A DNA stretch of 63,263 nucleotides, filler included, from Folioceros fuciformis (lineage: Eukaryota): the NCBI GenBank assembly GCA_049999805.1. It is 6 parts of 6 records of this genome, joined end to end, with 100 filler letters (N's around TTAATTAATTAA, not from the genome) between each part and the next. Parts side by side here need not be neighbours in the genome. Positions count along the whole stretch, not along the records: positions 1 to 31,288 come from JBNGIO010005915.1; 5 more parts are not named here. The stretch is one strand, 5' to 3'. Every line of letters begins with the position of its first letter. The first letter of the stretch is position 1. Below the pieces are notes generated by a model. The model searched no databases and had not been told where the DNA came from. It worked only from the letters and a program-made list of their open reading frames with translations. Shown piece by piece: positions 1-11,709 of this stretch. The position numbers and the translations under genes were made by a program.

Positions 1-514
1 GCACCCAAGGTCCAAGGAAATCACACCGTAGACAGCCCCCTCCTCAATGGCAGGTCTAGCCTCTTATACTACCTTGGCCCAAACCTCCATCTCTATCTAT
101 TAGGGTTAGCCTCAGTGAACCACCCAGCAATCTCTCTCTGACCTAAGCGGCCCTAATTCTGACCTAAACCTAACTCTGACCTAACCCTAACTTTGATCCA
201 AACCTAGTTCTGACTTGATAGGGGTTGTGTCCCATGGACACCACTAGGTGCCCTTACCAAAATTGACCAACCTCTCAAGACTACCAAAATGGTTAATGCC
301 TCTTAACCCTCTCCCTCCTCTCTCAAATCATTCCATCCCTTCTCTCAGATCATTCCAGCAACCCTTCAAAGACACGTCTCGCCTCACCATTAATCTAGTT
401 ACTAATCTAACCTAATCTTTTAACCATTTCACCACAGGGTTCACTTAGAGATTCCCAAAAAGAGAAATCGTACTAGTTTCCAAAGACCTATTCAGCATGT
501 GGAGTCCACAGGAG

Positions 515-650
515 GTCTTCTAGAGGGTATAAATACCCCCTTGAGCTCCTTTGCATATTGAGACTCTGTGTGAGAGTGTGACCTCTCTTTCTCCTCCTCC
601 TTGCTTCCTCCTCTCCTCCTTCACCATGTAGCTCTTGTAGCGATCCTACA
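515..650 (+). repeat. 3' part of a copia-family LTR (same family as 60726-61260 and 62576-62866)
   Basis: TAGAGGGTATAAATACCCCC TATA block, CT-rich tract and CACCATGTAGCTC...GATCCTACA end match the LTRs at 61.1-61.26 kb and 62.73-62.87 kb. The 5' boundary is not determined. Confidence 0.75.
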
Positions 651-1384
651 CACTTTCCTCAAAACATCCACAAAGCAAAGCAACAAGTTCATTTTCGCTG
701 TTTGCTTAACTTACACAAGCAACAAGCGGTGAAGGGAGCTTGCATGCCTTTCTCCATGGAGTGTCCTTTGTTCACTCAATCGCCGAAGCTTAGGCAGTTT
801 AGTGCAAATGATCTAAGCTAGCAGGTAGTGAAGCTTGCTTACATCCCTTGGAGTAGAGTGGATGACCACATTTATGGAGAAGGCTAGAGATATGTTGCAA
901 GCTTCTATCAAAAGGATTCAAAGAGTCAAAATCCCCCACCTATACCAATTGTGTGTCTCTAGAGACTTGCACGCACATACATAAGATATTTTTGGTCTTC
1001 CCCTCCACATTGTCGTTTTCTCTTCTACTATGAAGTGGTTTAACACTAATTTAATAGTACTTAGTGCAGTCCAATATACAAGATTGTTTGTGGTTTATGT
1101 TAGAGTTTTTATATCCTTTAACGAAAATATTTTTATTTTATTAATATAACGAAGTCTTCAATTTTACAGATTTGAAACGGCTGGGACCACTTTCATCACA
1201 CAGCCTTGTAAAGCTAATTCAAGTTATGAAGCATATACGAAAACCACTGATGCATCTAAAAGTGGAACAGTTGAAGTAACTCTAGGAAGAAGGCTAAGGC
1301 TTTAACTTTGCAACACTACAGGATATACTGCCCATATGCACATACATGAGTGGCTTGGTAGAATAAGGACTTGAACGCCATTGC

Positions 1385-1783
1385 CTATGCAGCAGAAGCT
1401 GTAACGATGATGGGATTGCCGACCTCGACGAAGGTAAAGTCTCCCTCGATGTAGTCGTCGGTTTGGTAGAGCAGGTAGTTGAGCTTGAACACGGGTGTGG
1501 GGAGCAAGCTGACGGACCGGAACACAACCCAGCCTACAACTGGGATCGATTCCAGCACCTCGGCAGCGAATCCACCGTTGTAGACAAGCGCTACTCTCGT
1601 CAAAGCGTTTCTAATCACAAAAGCGTTGATGAATTCAAGTGAACGAGGAGCGTATCCCTCTACTGCCTCCCATATGGTGTTCTGGATGCCCACCAAGTAG
1701 GGGTTTGCTGTCCAGCTCACGTCATCCCCGTTCGTGAACAAAAAGAGTGAACCTTGGTTCAAGATGAGCTGGAACCTGGTTCC
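1385..1783 (-). pseudogene. C-terminal half of a copia-disrupted intronless gene (unknown, probably secreted protein)
   Basis: Removing the insertion and one GTTCC TSD joins ...YLPYIVPVGT (from 6862 and above) in frame to RFQLILNQGSLFLFTNGDD...VTASAA*. Confidence 0.8.
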
Positions 1784-4700
1784 TATGACTTAGTGGGGAA
1801 GAGAAGTTCTGGTCACTGCTAAGTCACATGGTATCAAAGCAATGATTGTCCCCAATGGAGGCCTAAAATCAATCATATCAATCCTGTAGACAGGGGCTCC
1901 ACGACCTCTTAGGACAGATCCACAAACTTAAAATACAGGACACAAGCTTGCTGAAGCGACTTGTAGTTACACTTCAAGTCCCACATTTCTCTTATTAGCA
2001 TTGTAAACATGTACAGCTCAATCTGCACAAATCACAAATCACAGTGAACTGCAATCAGAGATCAGGATTTCACACAACAAATGAGGAAGCACATCCATTA
2101 CCTAGACGTCATCATCAGAGACATTATTCAATTGCTAGACCTTTAATGGCTTCCTCCCTTTTTACGATGGGATCCTCCAGCCTCTCTGCCATGCATGCAA
2201 GAAACTATTGGATAGAAAAACTTACTCACCTAAACTATGCCACATGGTCTATAAGCGTAGAATCCCTCCTTAAAAAGCCAACACTATGGCATGTAGTTGA
2301 TGGCACGAAACCTAGACCAGCCGTAGGACATGCAGGCGAATCTGCATGGATCATCAAGGATGCCTCTACCTACGCGAAACTCATCCTTCATATTGGAGAT
2401 AGAATTCTACCGACTGTCAAACGACAGCCGACTGCAAAATTGCTATGGGACAAATTAGCAGCATCCTTACAGGAGGTGAGTTTACCTTCTCAACTACTGG
2501 CTGCTCAAAAACTAGCCTCCATCAAACTCAAGGAAGGCACTTCAGTCTCTGACTTCCTGGAAACCTGGGAAAGAACATTAGATGAAGCCATCTCCACAGG
2601 ACTCAACCTAACAGAAGAACAATAGGTCATGCAACTACTCATGGCCCTTCCAAAATCATGGAGGTCATTCGTTTCTACACAAGCTAATCAGGCTAGCACA
2701 ACAGCACCTTTGACCTTACCAAATCTCTTACTCAAAATTCGCAATGAAGAAGTCTTGATTGCAGGAGAAAATTCATATTCTCCTCCTTCAGTTCTCTTTG
2801 TTGGTGGACGAAGACCTCCTAGATTCAAAACTGGCCCTAGGAACTCTGCTCCCAACCGTCCACCACCTTCAAACCCTAATCACAAGGATAAAACTTGTCA
2901 TTACTACTCCAAGAAAGGGCATATAGCCCCGGAATGCAAAAAGAGACAGTGTGACAGAGCTGCTGGAAATTATAACTCCCCTAGGAGTACTCCTAGCACA
3001 TTTGCCTTAGCTACAAGCTCCAAGAACAACTATCTTTATACAGCTGTTTCCTCCTTGGCCACGAGCTCCATACTCCCAGATCACTGGCTTCTTGACTCTG
3101 GGGCAACTAAACACATGACACCACGAAGGGACTGGTTTTCTGAATACTCTACTTTGGAAGTACCCCTGCCCGTTCTCATGGGCGACGATACTCCCCACAT
3201 GGCTGTGGGCAAGGGTACTGTTCAAATCCAAGTACAAGATTTTACTGCTCATATTAGGAATGTCCTACACGTTCCTGGGTTATCCAAAAACCTACTCTCT
3301 GTAAACCAAATTGTCAGCAATTCTAATTCCACAATTACCTTCAACCAATATGGATGTCTGATCCATACAACCACCTCTGATGGCCAAGCAAGAAGTATAC
3401 AATGTCCTCGTACAGGGGGATTATTCCCCATGGGTATTGGGGTTTCTACACCTGCCCAAACAATAAGTGTAAGCCTTACAGCCAACCTCAACCACAACTT
3501 ATCCGCTAGACTTTGGCACTTGAGGCTAGCCCACTTACACCTTCTAGGGATTAGAAGAATGCAAGCCAAAAATATGGTTGAAGGACTTCTTGAAAAATTT
3601 TCCAGTGATCTTCCCTTGTGTGAAGGTTGCTTGCTAGGCAAGCAACATACTCAACCTTACCCTAGGTTAGTCAGCACTACCACTAGTATCCTCGAACTCG
3701 TGCATGCTGACCTCTGTGGCCCTATGCAGATAGCATCCCTCACAGGGAAGCTCCACATGTTCGTCCTCTTGGACGACTTCAGCCATTACACATTTCTCTA
3801 CTTTCTCCGACACAAGTCAAAAGCATTTGCCTCCTTCAAGATCTATCAAGCACTGGTGGAGAATCAGACCGACAAGCACATCAAAGTCTTCAGAACCGAC
3901 AACGCGGGTGAACTCACATCTCCTGAGTTCGAGACCTATTTATCAGCCCATGGCATAGCACATCAAAAGATTGTGCCCTATGCTCATGCCCAATTAGGCA
4001 AGGCGGAAAGGAGAAATCGCTCGCTCATGGAAGCCACTAGGAGCTCTCTCGCCACAGATGCCTTACCTAATGTTCTATGGGCAGATGTTGCTGCAGCTGT
4101 ATGCTACGTTCAAAACCGATGTGGCACCTCCACCCTTCCAGATAAAACGCCTTACCAAATCTAGACAGGTCGGAAGCCACAGTTCAGCCACCTTCAAATT
4201 TTTGGCTGTCTGGCTTACAAACACATCCCAGCAGAAGGGCATTGCAAGTTAGATTAGCGATCTGTAAAACTTACTTTCATTGGCTATGGCGAAAGCGACG
4301 GGGTGAAGGGTACAGACTCCTTGATAGAGCCACCCGCAGGGTTACCTTAGACAGAAACGTCGTCTTTGATGAAGCCTCCCTCCTCTCCCCTTCAGGTGGC
4401 GCACCAGATTCAGAGCAACTCTCTGCCGTGAATTTTCTGCCCGCCATCGACCAGCCAAATCCAGCCTCCCCTAACCCAGCTCCGGATCCTTCTCCACATG
4501 ATGCCTTGGCACCACCCACGCCACCACTACCACCTCCAGCTACCCCTACTTCGGATGAAGACCTTGGCCCGGATTGGCCGCCGGATCCTTCGTTTGGTTC
4601 CACCCCTGCCGATTCGGTTATGACCTCCCTGTTAGCTCCTTCACAGGTGTTCCCTCCATTGCAACTCACAGGGGGGGAGAGTAGCGAGGCTGGTAGCAAC

Positions 4701-6856
4701 CCTGATGTGCAATTTTCCTCACGCCCACTTACAATAGAAGCAAACCAGGAGGATGCCCCCCTGGAGCGAAATACATCAGCTCCTATCCCTCCTGTCCGCA
4801 CTTCTTCAAGAACCACTAAGGGAATTCCCGGCACCAAATTCCATGACTTGGAATTTCCCACAACACGCGGTCTAGCAGCTCACACAGCTGACTGACCTAA
4901 CATAGTTCCAATTGATGAAGCCCTAGCTGGACTTGAAGCAGCAGCATGGAGAAAGGCCATGGATAGCGAATATCAATCCCTGATGGACAACAATACTTGG
5001 AGCCTTGTATCCTTATCCCCAGGACGCCATGCTGTGGGCAGCAAATGGGTGCTATGCAAAAAATACAATGCTGATGGCCAAGTCTCAAGACTGAAGGCTC
5101 GATTTGTTGCCCGGGGTTTCACTCAACGAGATAGAATCGATTATTATGAAGACCAGGTATACACCCCAGTTGTGAAACTGACATCTCTTCGATTCATGCT
5201 AGCCTTGGCAGCTTTGCACAACCTTCATGTTCATCAGCTGGACGTACAAACTGCATTTTTAAATGGCATACTCCGAGAAGAGATTTACATCCAGCAGCCT
5301 GATGGATACATACCACCAGGCAAAGAGCACTTGGTCTGTAAGCTTCATAAAAGCCTTTACGGCCTCAAACAATCTGGTAAGGAATGGTATGAAGAATGTT
5401 ACAAATCTCTCAAAAGGCAAGGATACACCAAGAGTAATGTGGATGCCAGTGTATTCACTAGAAACATAGGTCCCCGAATGCTGATAATGGGCATCTACGT
5501 AGACAATGTCATTATGATATCCAATGATGAGAAGTATCTAGCAGAATCCAAAGCTGAACTAATGAAGCAATTCTCCATGACGGACAATGGAATAATGCAG
5601 TTCTGCTTGGGTGTTCAAGTGAAGTACAATCCACCCCAAGCGAGCATTACACTTCATTAGGAGCATTATGTTTTGGATGTCCTTGACAAATTCAACATGT
5701 CAAACTGTAAACCTACTGACAATCCGATGCAAACAGGCCCTCGACTAAGCAAGATGATGTGTCCCCAAACTCCTACAGAAGTAGAGGAAATGAGCTCAGT
5801 CCCGTATGCAGGAGCTCTTGGCAGCCTCCAACATCTCGTACAAAACACTCGGCCGGACATAGCTCTACCAACCTCGTTGACCTCTCAATTTCTTTCTAAT
5901 GCTGGTCCACCTCACTGGATTGCCGTCAAACGTATCCTTCGATACCTGCAAGGCACCAAGAAGGGAATTAAATACCAAGGTGGCCCAGAAGCTCAAGACA
6001 AATTGATTGGCTGGAGTGATGCGGATTGGGCTGGTGATCTCGATTCTCGCAAGTCCACAAGCGGTTATGTCTTCTTACTTGCAAGAGGAGCTATTAGTTG
6101 GAAAGCTAAGAAACAAGTTATGTCTTCTTACTTGTAGGAGGAGCTATTAGTTGGAAAGCTAAGAAACAAGTTATGTCTTCTTACTTGCAGGAGGAGCTAT
6201 TAGTTGGAAAGCTAAGAAACAANNNNNNNNNNTCTTCTTACTTGCAGGAGGAGCTATTAGTTGGAAAGCTAAGAAACAAACTTCCATAGCTCTCAGCTCT
6301 GCAGAATCAGAATATATTGCAGCTGCCTCTGCTGCCAAAGAAGTCTTGTGGTTGGCCCAACTACTGAAAGATCTAGGTTACCCACATTAAGGACCCATTG
6401 AGCTGCAATGCGACAATCAAGCTACAATTGCCCTCTCAAAGGATCTCAGATTTCATGAGCGTTCCAAACACATTGAGCTCAGGTACCACTGTCTACGCTC
6501 CAAGGTTGAGAGTGGAGAGGTGCGTTTAACATATGTGCCTACAGAAGAACAAGTGACGGACATCTTCACCAAACCACTTGCGAAGATCAAACACCCTCAG
6601 TTCACTTCTGCATTAGGACTCTCAGATCAATTCCCCTATCTCGACGTTTGAGCTTAAGGGTGTGTGTGAGCAGTGATGCATTCATGTAAGCTGCAACCGA
6701 TCGAGATATGAACAATCGCAACTCATTAGCTGAACAATCGTGTCTCCTCGAGAGACTTAACCCCTCGATGCTACAAGTAGCCTCCCGTCTATACATCATA
6801 TATTCTTCCAGAAATGAAATTAGTGACCAGAACTTCTCTTCCCCACTTAAGTCACA
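1784..6856 (+). mobile_element. Ty1/copia LTR retrotransposon, decayed, with an aberrant 5' terminus
   Basis: TSD GTTCC at 1779-1783 and 6857-6861; PBS TGGTATCAAAGC 1829-1840; gag and degenerate zinc knuckle; protease LLDSGAT; integrase HADLCGP/RTDNAGE; RT LYGLKQS/YVDN; RNaseH SDADWAGD; 3' LTR ~6665-6856 ending GTCACA; several stops and frameshifts. Confidence 0.95.
6066..6280 (+). repeat. ~53-bp tandem repeat in the RNaseH region, spanning a small N gap
   Basis: About 4 copies of TTATGTCTTCTTACTTGCAGGAGGAGCTATTAGTTGGAAAGCTAAGAAACAAG; may be partly an assembly artefact. Confidence 0.8.
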
Positions 6857-6861
6857 GTTCC

Positions 6862-7215
6862 CACGGGCACGATGTAGGGGAGGTAGGTAGCACCGTTGAG
6901 CTGAGTGTTGGTCTTAGTGCTAGTCTCGACATCGGCATGGTCGCTATGGCTGCCCACAGCACCCACTTCCACGTGGCGTGCATCCACCTGGGTGAAGACG
7001 CTGGCCACGCACAGTGTCACGGCCCACAGAAGCACAGCGAGTAAGACGCGGCTGGCCACGGGGAACACTTCTCCGCACTGGATACTCGATCTCCAAGGCT
7101 GGGAAAATACTTCAGGCAGAGGGACTTGTGGCTGGAAGCGGATCCGAATTGCGCTCCAGCTTCCTTGGCTTTTATTTCTTAAGATGGGTGCATGAATCAG
7201 TACTCTGCTATCCAT
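6862..7215 (-). pseudogene. N-terminal half of the copia-disrupted gene, with a signal-peptide-like segment
   Basis: Hydrophobic stretch VASRVLLAVLLWAVTLCVASVFTQVDA starts at GTG 7059; an in-frame ATG lies at 7215; the frame continues into 1783-1385 across the TSD. Confidence 0.75.
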
Positions 7216-7399
7216 TTGATGAGTTGGCGCAATTTAAGCAGCAAACTGTTATTGGGCACGTGGAGAAGTGGCCGTAGGATCTATGGACTAGCGTATCTAC
7301 ACGGGGGTGTGACACTAGATGCATTATTTGATGCTGGACCTGGGGCGAGCGATGCCTCAGCACCGCAGGTAAGTGCCCACCTGGAAAGCAGAAGAGGAC

Positions 7400-9296
7400 T
7401 GTTGGAGTGGCGCACTCATCACATCCAAAGTTAGGGTACGTTTCGACATTTTATTAATTAGGCCTATAGATGCAGGGGCATGTTAAGTTACAGGGTCACG
7501 AAAGTTCAGTTCATATATGTCCCTGCACAGTGTCTAACTCAGCGTATATATTCAGTTCAGCGTGAACTGAACTGACCCTGTAACGTGCCCGTGAACTGAA
7601 AACTGGTACAAGAGGATCCATACATATCTTCTCTCTTGTGGCTTTGTTCAAAGCCCATATGATTCGAATGTGTATAGACTCCACACCAGTAATGGCTATG
7701 TGCTCTTGTGCCTATGCGTGGATGATTGTATCTTGGCCAGTAGCAGACAGACAGCACTAGAAAAGGTTAAAAACATCCTCAGGAACGAAAACGATATGAA
7801 GGATGTAGGGGAATTCCTCAGGAACGAAAACGATATGAAGGATGTAGGGGAATTGAAATCTGTGTTAGGAGTACAAATCGAAAGAAACTTACCACAACAT
7901 GAACTCTGCATACACCAGGAGAAATACAGAGGTGATATTCTGAAGAGAATGCACCTTGAAAATGCTCCCCCTGTTGACACACCTATGGTGACCAACCAAC
8001 CGTTGCCTGTCATGGATTGCCCACAATCTGAACAACATAAAGGCAGAAATGCAATCAATTCCATACTGTCAGGCAGTTGGCTCACTTATATACGGGGCTA
8101 ACTGGACAAGACCGGAGATACAGTACTCTGTGAGTCAGGTCAGCTAGTTCTTACAAAATCCAGGAAAAACTCATGGGGTAGCTGTGAAGCGGTTATACGG
8201 ATACCTGAAAGGCTCACGAAGAATGGGAGTTCACTATACAGGAAAAACGAAAATACCACATACCTTGATAGCGGGCAGAAACCCCGACGATCGTAGGAGC
8301 GTTGCTGCCTATGTATTTCTATTGAATGGCAGTGCAGTAAGCTGGTCAAGTAAAAAGATCACTTCCATATGCACCTCTACAGCCGAAAGTGAATACAATG
8401 CACTCTCCATGGCTGCCAAAGACCTACTTTGGGGACGTTTTTCCTTGAGAGCATAGACTGCCCACAAAGCCAACCTACACAATTATACACAGACAGTCCA
8501 GCTGCAATAGCTATGGTGGCTAATCCAAGATTTCACGGACGGACAAAACACATCGAGCTTAGTCATCACTTCATTCGTGATGTGGCGGCAAAGAATAAGG
8601 CCAAGCTGATATACATTCCAACAGATTTGAATGTAGCAGATGTTCTCCTCTGCCTAAATACCAGCACTATGAGCACGCAGAGGGCATGGGTATACTCCCG
8701 TGCTTCAATCAGAAGCCTTTGGTGCCGGCAACATCTGGCTCTGCAACTGGGTGATCCTCGTGCTCCTAATGTGCCTTGTTAGGAAGGATTGAACAGGCTA
8801 CCAGTTCGTTTCATACTCCCAACAAGAGAAAGTCCAGTACAGGCACCAGAAGATGGCCCAGATGTCGAAATAATCTTGGAGCGCCTATTAGTCCAAAGTC
8901 GCGCTTGACGTTACTGCTTGGTTCTGGATGCATCCTTCACTCTCAAATCATGCATCCCTAATTCTCCATGATGGAAATGCTTATGCGTGGTGGTTAGGCT
9001 GTGATTTCGAGCGAATGGGAGTGTTGGAGTGGCTCACTCATCACATCCAAAGTTAGGGAACGTTTCTAAATTTATTATTTAGGCCTATAAATGAAGGGGC
9101 ATGCCTTTTCATAGACATCCCATGCCTCTTCACTCTCATGACTCTTCAACCAATTTCTCTTCGCGTGAAAAGTAGACACTTCCAGATGTAATAAAGCGAT
9201 CCAGTCAAATTCATCCAGAGACTGCACACCAGCAGTCGTTTTCTGCTCTCCATGCCTGCATTCTTCTCCCTTCTCTGTATGTACAGACCTACTACA
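7400..9296 (+). mobile_element. Internally deleted Ty1/copia element (RT end and RNaseH remnant)
   Basis: TGTTGGAGTGG..CACTCATCACATCCAAAGTTAGGG at 7400 (truncated 5' LTR) and 9022 (3' LTR, ending ACTACA at 9296); purine tract before 9022; flanks AGGAC/CGGAC (4/5 TSD match); LCVDDCIL, VSWSSKK, RTKHIEL motifs. Confidence 0.85.
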
Positions 9297-9970
9297 CGGA
9301 CGGAGTGTGATGAGGGTCCGGAGAAAGGACTCCTTCCCTACTTACGGGGATCGAGGGACTGAATACGCAGTGATATCATTCAGACTGATCGTTCGGGGAA
9401 GTAACCGGAGGAGTTCTCTCAGAGCAAGTTTGTCCGAAATTTTCTTTTCAATTAGGCAATTTACAGTTCCTGCCGCACTTCGCATCACTATGGTGCAACT
9501 ATGGCCTTGCACGTCGCCAGGGTTTTTGAAGACCAAGACTGTCCAATACGCTTTCAGCCTCTTTGGACGTCCCACACTTCGCTTACATGTCTACCAAGCT
9601 GCAGCCCAGAACATCTACCTGAATTCGTGATTTTCTAACCAGAATATGCAGCGGCTATCCCCTTTGGACCAAAGTAGCGGTGCCCATACTTGCAGATGCT
9701 TCCAGAAGAGACACAAAAGTCACAGAATTCTGTACAGCAATGTCTTATTTCTCCACAGCTTATTGCGCATTAGAGTTCACCAATTGCAACCTATAGGCTA
9801 TAGACACTTCGGCTTTACGATCTGTCCACGAATTCCCTGCTTGCCCTTCTCGAAACAGGCGGGGCTCCCACACTGGGCAGCTTGCCGGAAATTGGTGCAG
9901 CATCATGTCCTCCCCGAGTTGCGGCCGTGTACTCCTGCAGGCCCCACTCCCCCTCTCTCGGCCGTTTACA

Positions 9971-10092
9971 GGGTCTTCAGTTCATTCAATGGCAGCATAA
10001 CACGTGACTCTGGATCTTTGGGCTCATTCAACTTCAGCATAACACATGACTCCGGGTCTTGGGCTCATTCAATTGCGGCACAGCACGTGACT
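9971..10092. repeat. Degenerate ~41-bp tandem repeat, about 3 copies
   Basis: The unit GGGTCTTGGGCTCATTCAA..GCAGCATAACACGTGACT recurs three times with substitutions. Confidence 0.75.
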
Positions 10093-11295
10093 TCCTAGGC
10101 GTGATAGGGTCCCATACCATCGCGAACGTACGAGTACGTACATGTGAATGTGCCTTGCGGATTGTACAGCAAAAGCGCTAATTAGCCTGGAATTACTTAT
10201 CCAGGGCCTCGACGTCACCTTCCTGTGTTCCCTATGTTTTCCTGTGTTTAAGCTGTTCGTTGCTTGTGAGCGTTCCAAGAATCCGCCGTCCCTCTCAACA
10301 TCGCAGGGTATAATGCGCAGTCTGAGTTTACACCTGGTTCTGCACCTCACAATCATATGAGATTGCCCCGTACCCCACGACACAGCTCGGATGTACCTAG
10401 ATAGGCCTATGCTGCACTCACTCAATACGTGATCACTCTGCGCATTCAGCCCCTGAATCAATCCCAGCGAGTACTGAACGGAGGTCTTGCTCCAGATCCA
10501 TCACACTCCGTCCGTGTAGTAGCAGGGGAAATTCACGGCTGGCAAGCAGAAAGCGACTGCTGGTGTGCAGTCCTCTTCTGCTTACCAGGTGGGTACCTGC
10601 GTCCCTGCGGTGCTGAGCCATCGCTCACACCCGGTCCAGCATTCAAAATGCATTCAGAGTGTCAGACCACCGTCCAGAACCGCTTCGATACAAATCCTTC
10701 GGCCGCTTCCACATGCCCGACAAACATTTGCTCCTTCAAATGCGACCACATCCAGGTTCATGCTTCCATCTTGGAGCATAAAAGCCAAGGAAGGGCGAGC
10801 ACATAATACTCCGGATCCACTTCCAGTCACAAATCCCTCTCTGAACCAGATGTCCACTGCGTCACCTGTCCGTTTCCGAACTTGTTTTCAAGCTCAACTA
10901 CCGTCACGCAGTTGGTTGCCCTTTACCCTTCCAAACCAGCACACAATATTACACCAGCCAAATGAATTTATATTTCATATTCACAGGTCTATCTTGGATA
11001 ATAATAATATCCAATGATTTTATTTTCACGAAAGTAGTAAAAACTTCTATAAAATTATTTAAATAATTACAAAGATTATGTGAAGGAAGGACTTACACCG
11101 TATGCCAGTGCTGTGTTGATGTGATTTTCAGTAAAGACCCACTTCTTTCGAGACGAGAGCAGAACCATAAATCCAGGGTTAGCTCTAATGGGGTCCACTA
11201 TTATTTGGTTTCCATGTCTTTTACAGTACATTGTTTCAATTCTATCGCTGGCTCAGACGGTTGGGTTTCATCTGGGATTTGACGGAACGAAGGCT

Positions 11296-11395
11296 ACTAC
11301 CCAGTACCCACCTACAGCGTGACCACCCAGTAGTCACCTACAGCGTGACTACCCAGTAGTCACCTACAGCGTGACTACCCAGTGGGTACCTACAG
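11296..11395. repeat. 26-bp minisatellite, about 3.5 copies
   Basis: CACCTACAGCGTGACTACCCAGTAGT repeated in tandem. Confidence 0.9.
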
Positions 11396-11709
11396 AAAAT
11401 GAACTGCCTATTACACAACGGTATAGTCACCACCGAATTTAAAGGGACGCCGGTCAGGGAGGCGAAGTTGGCAAAACGATAAAAAGTGGAAAAGTACCAG
11501 GGGTTACGGCACGCAACCAGAACCGCCCGCTCCCCCCCCCCCTTCAACCGTTCCATACATCAAGTGTTGGCGCTAGTTCAGGAAGGCCAGGCATAAGCTT
11601 ACAGTTCACTAGGGTCGTCTCGCAAACATAGCCTGGGTGGCCTCTGCTGCATATCCTTACACTCCGCCTACCGCTCAGGTTCCTCGTACTCATCCACGGA
11701 TTGAGCGAA

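Noticed and set aside
137-216. Telomere-like CCTAA/CCCTAA repeats
   Set aside because: Degenerate ~17-bp units in LTR-like sequence, not a CCCTAAA array.
2620-2630. In-frame TAG between gag ORFs as programmed readthrough
   Set aside because: It falls within gag and the element has several other stops; a CAG>TAG decay mutation is more likely.
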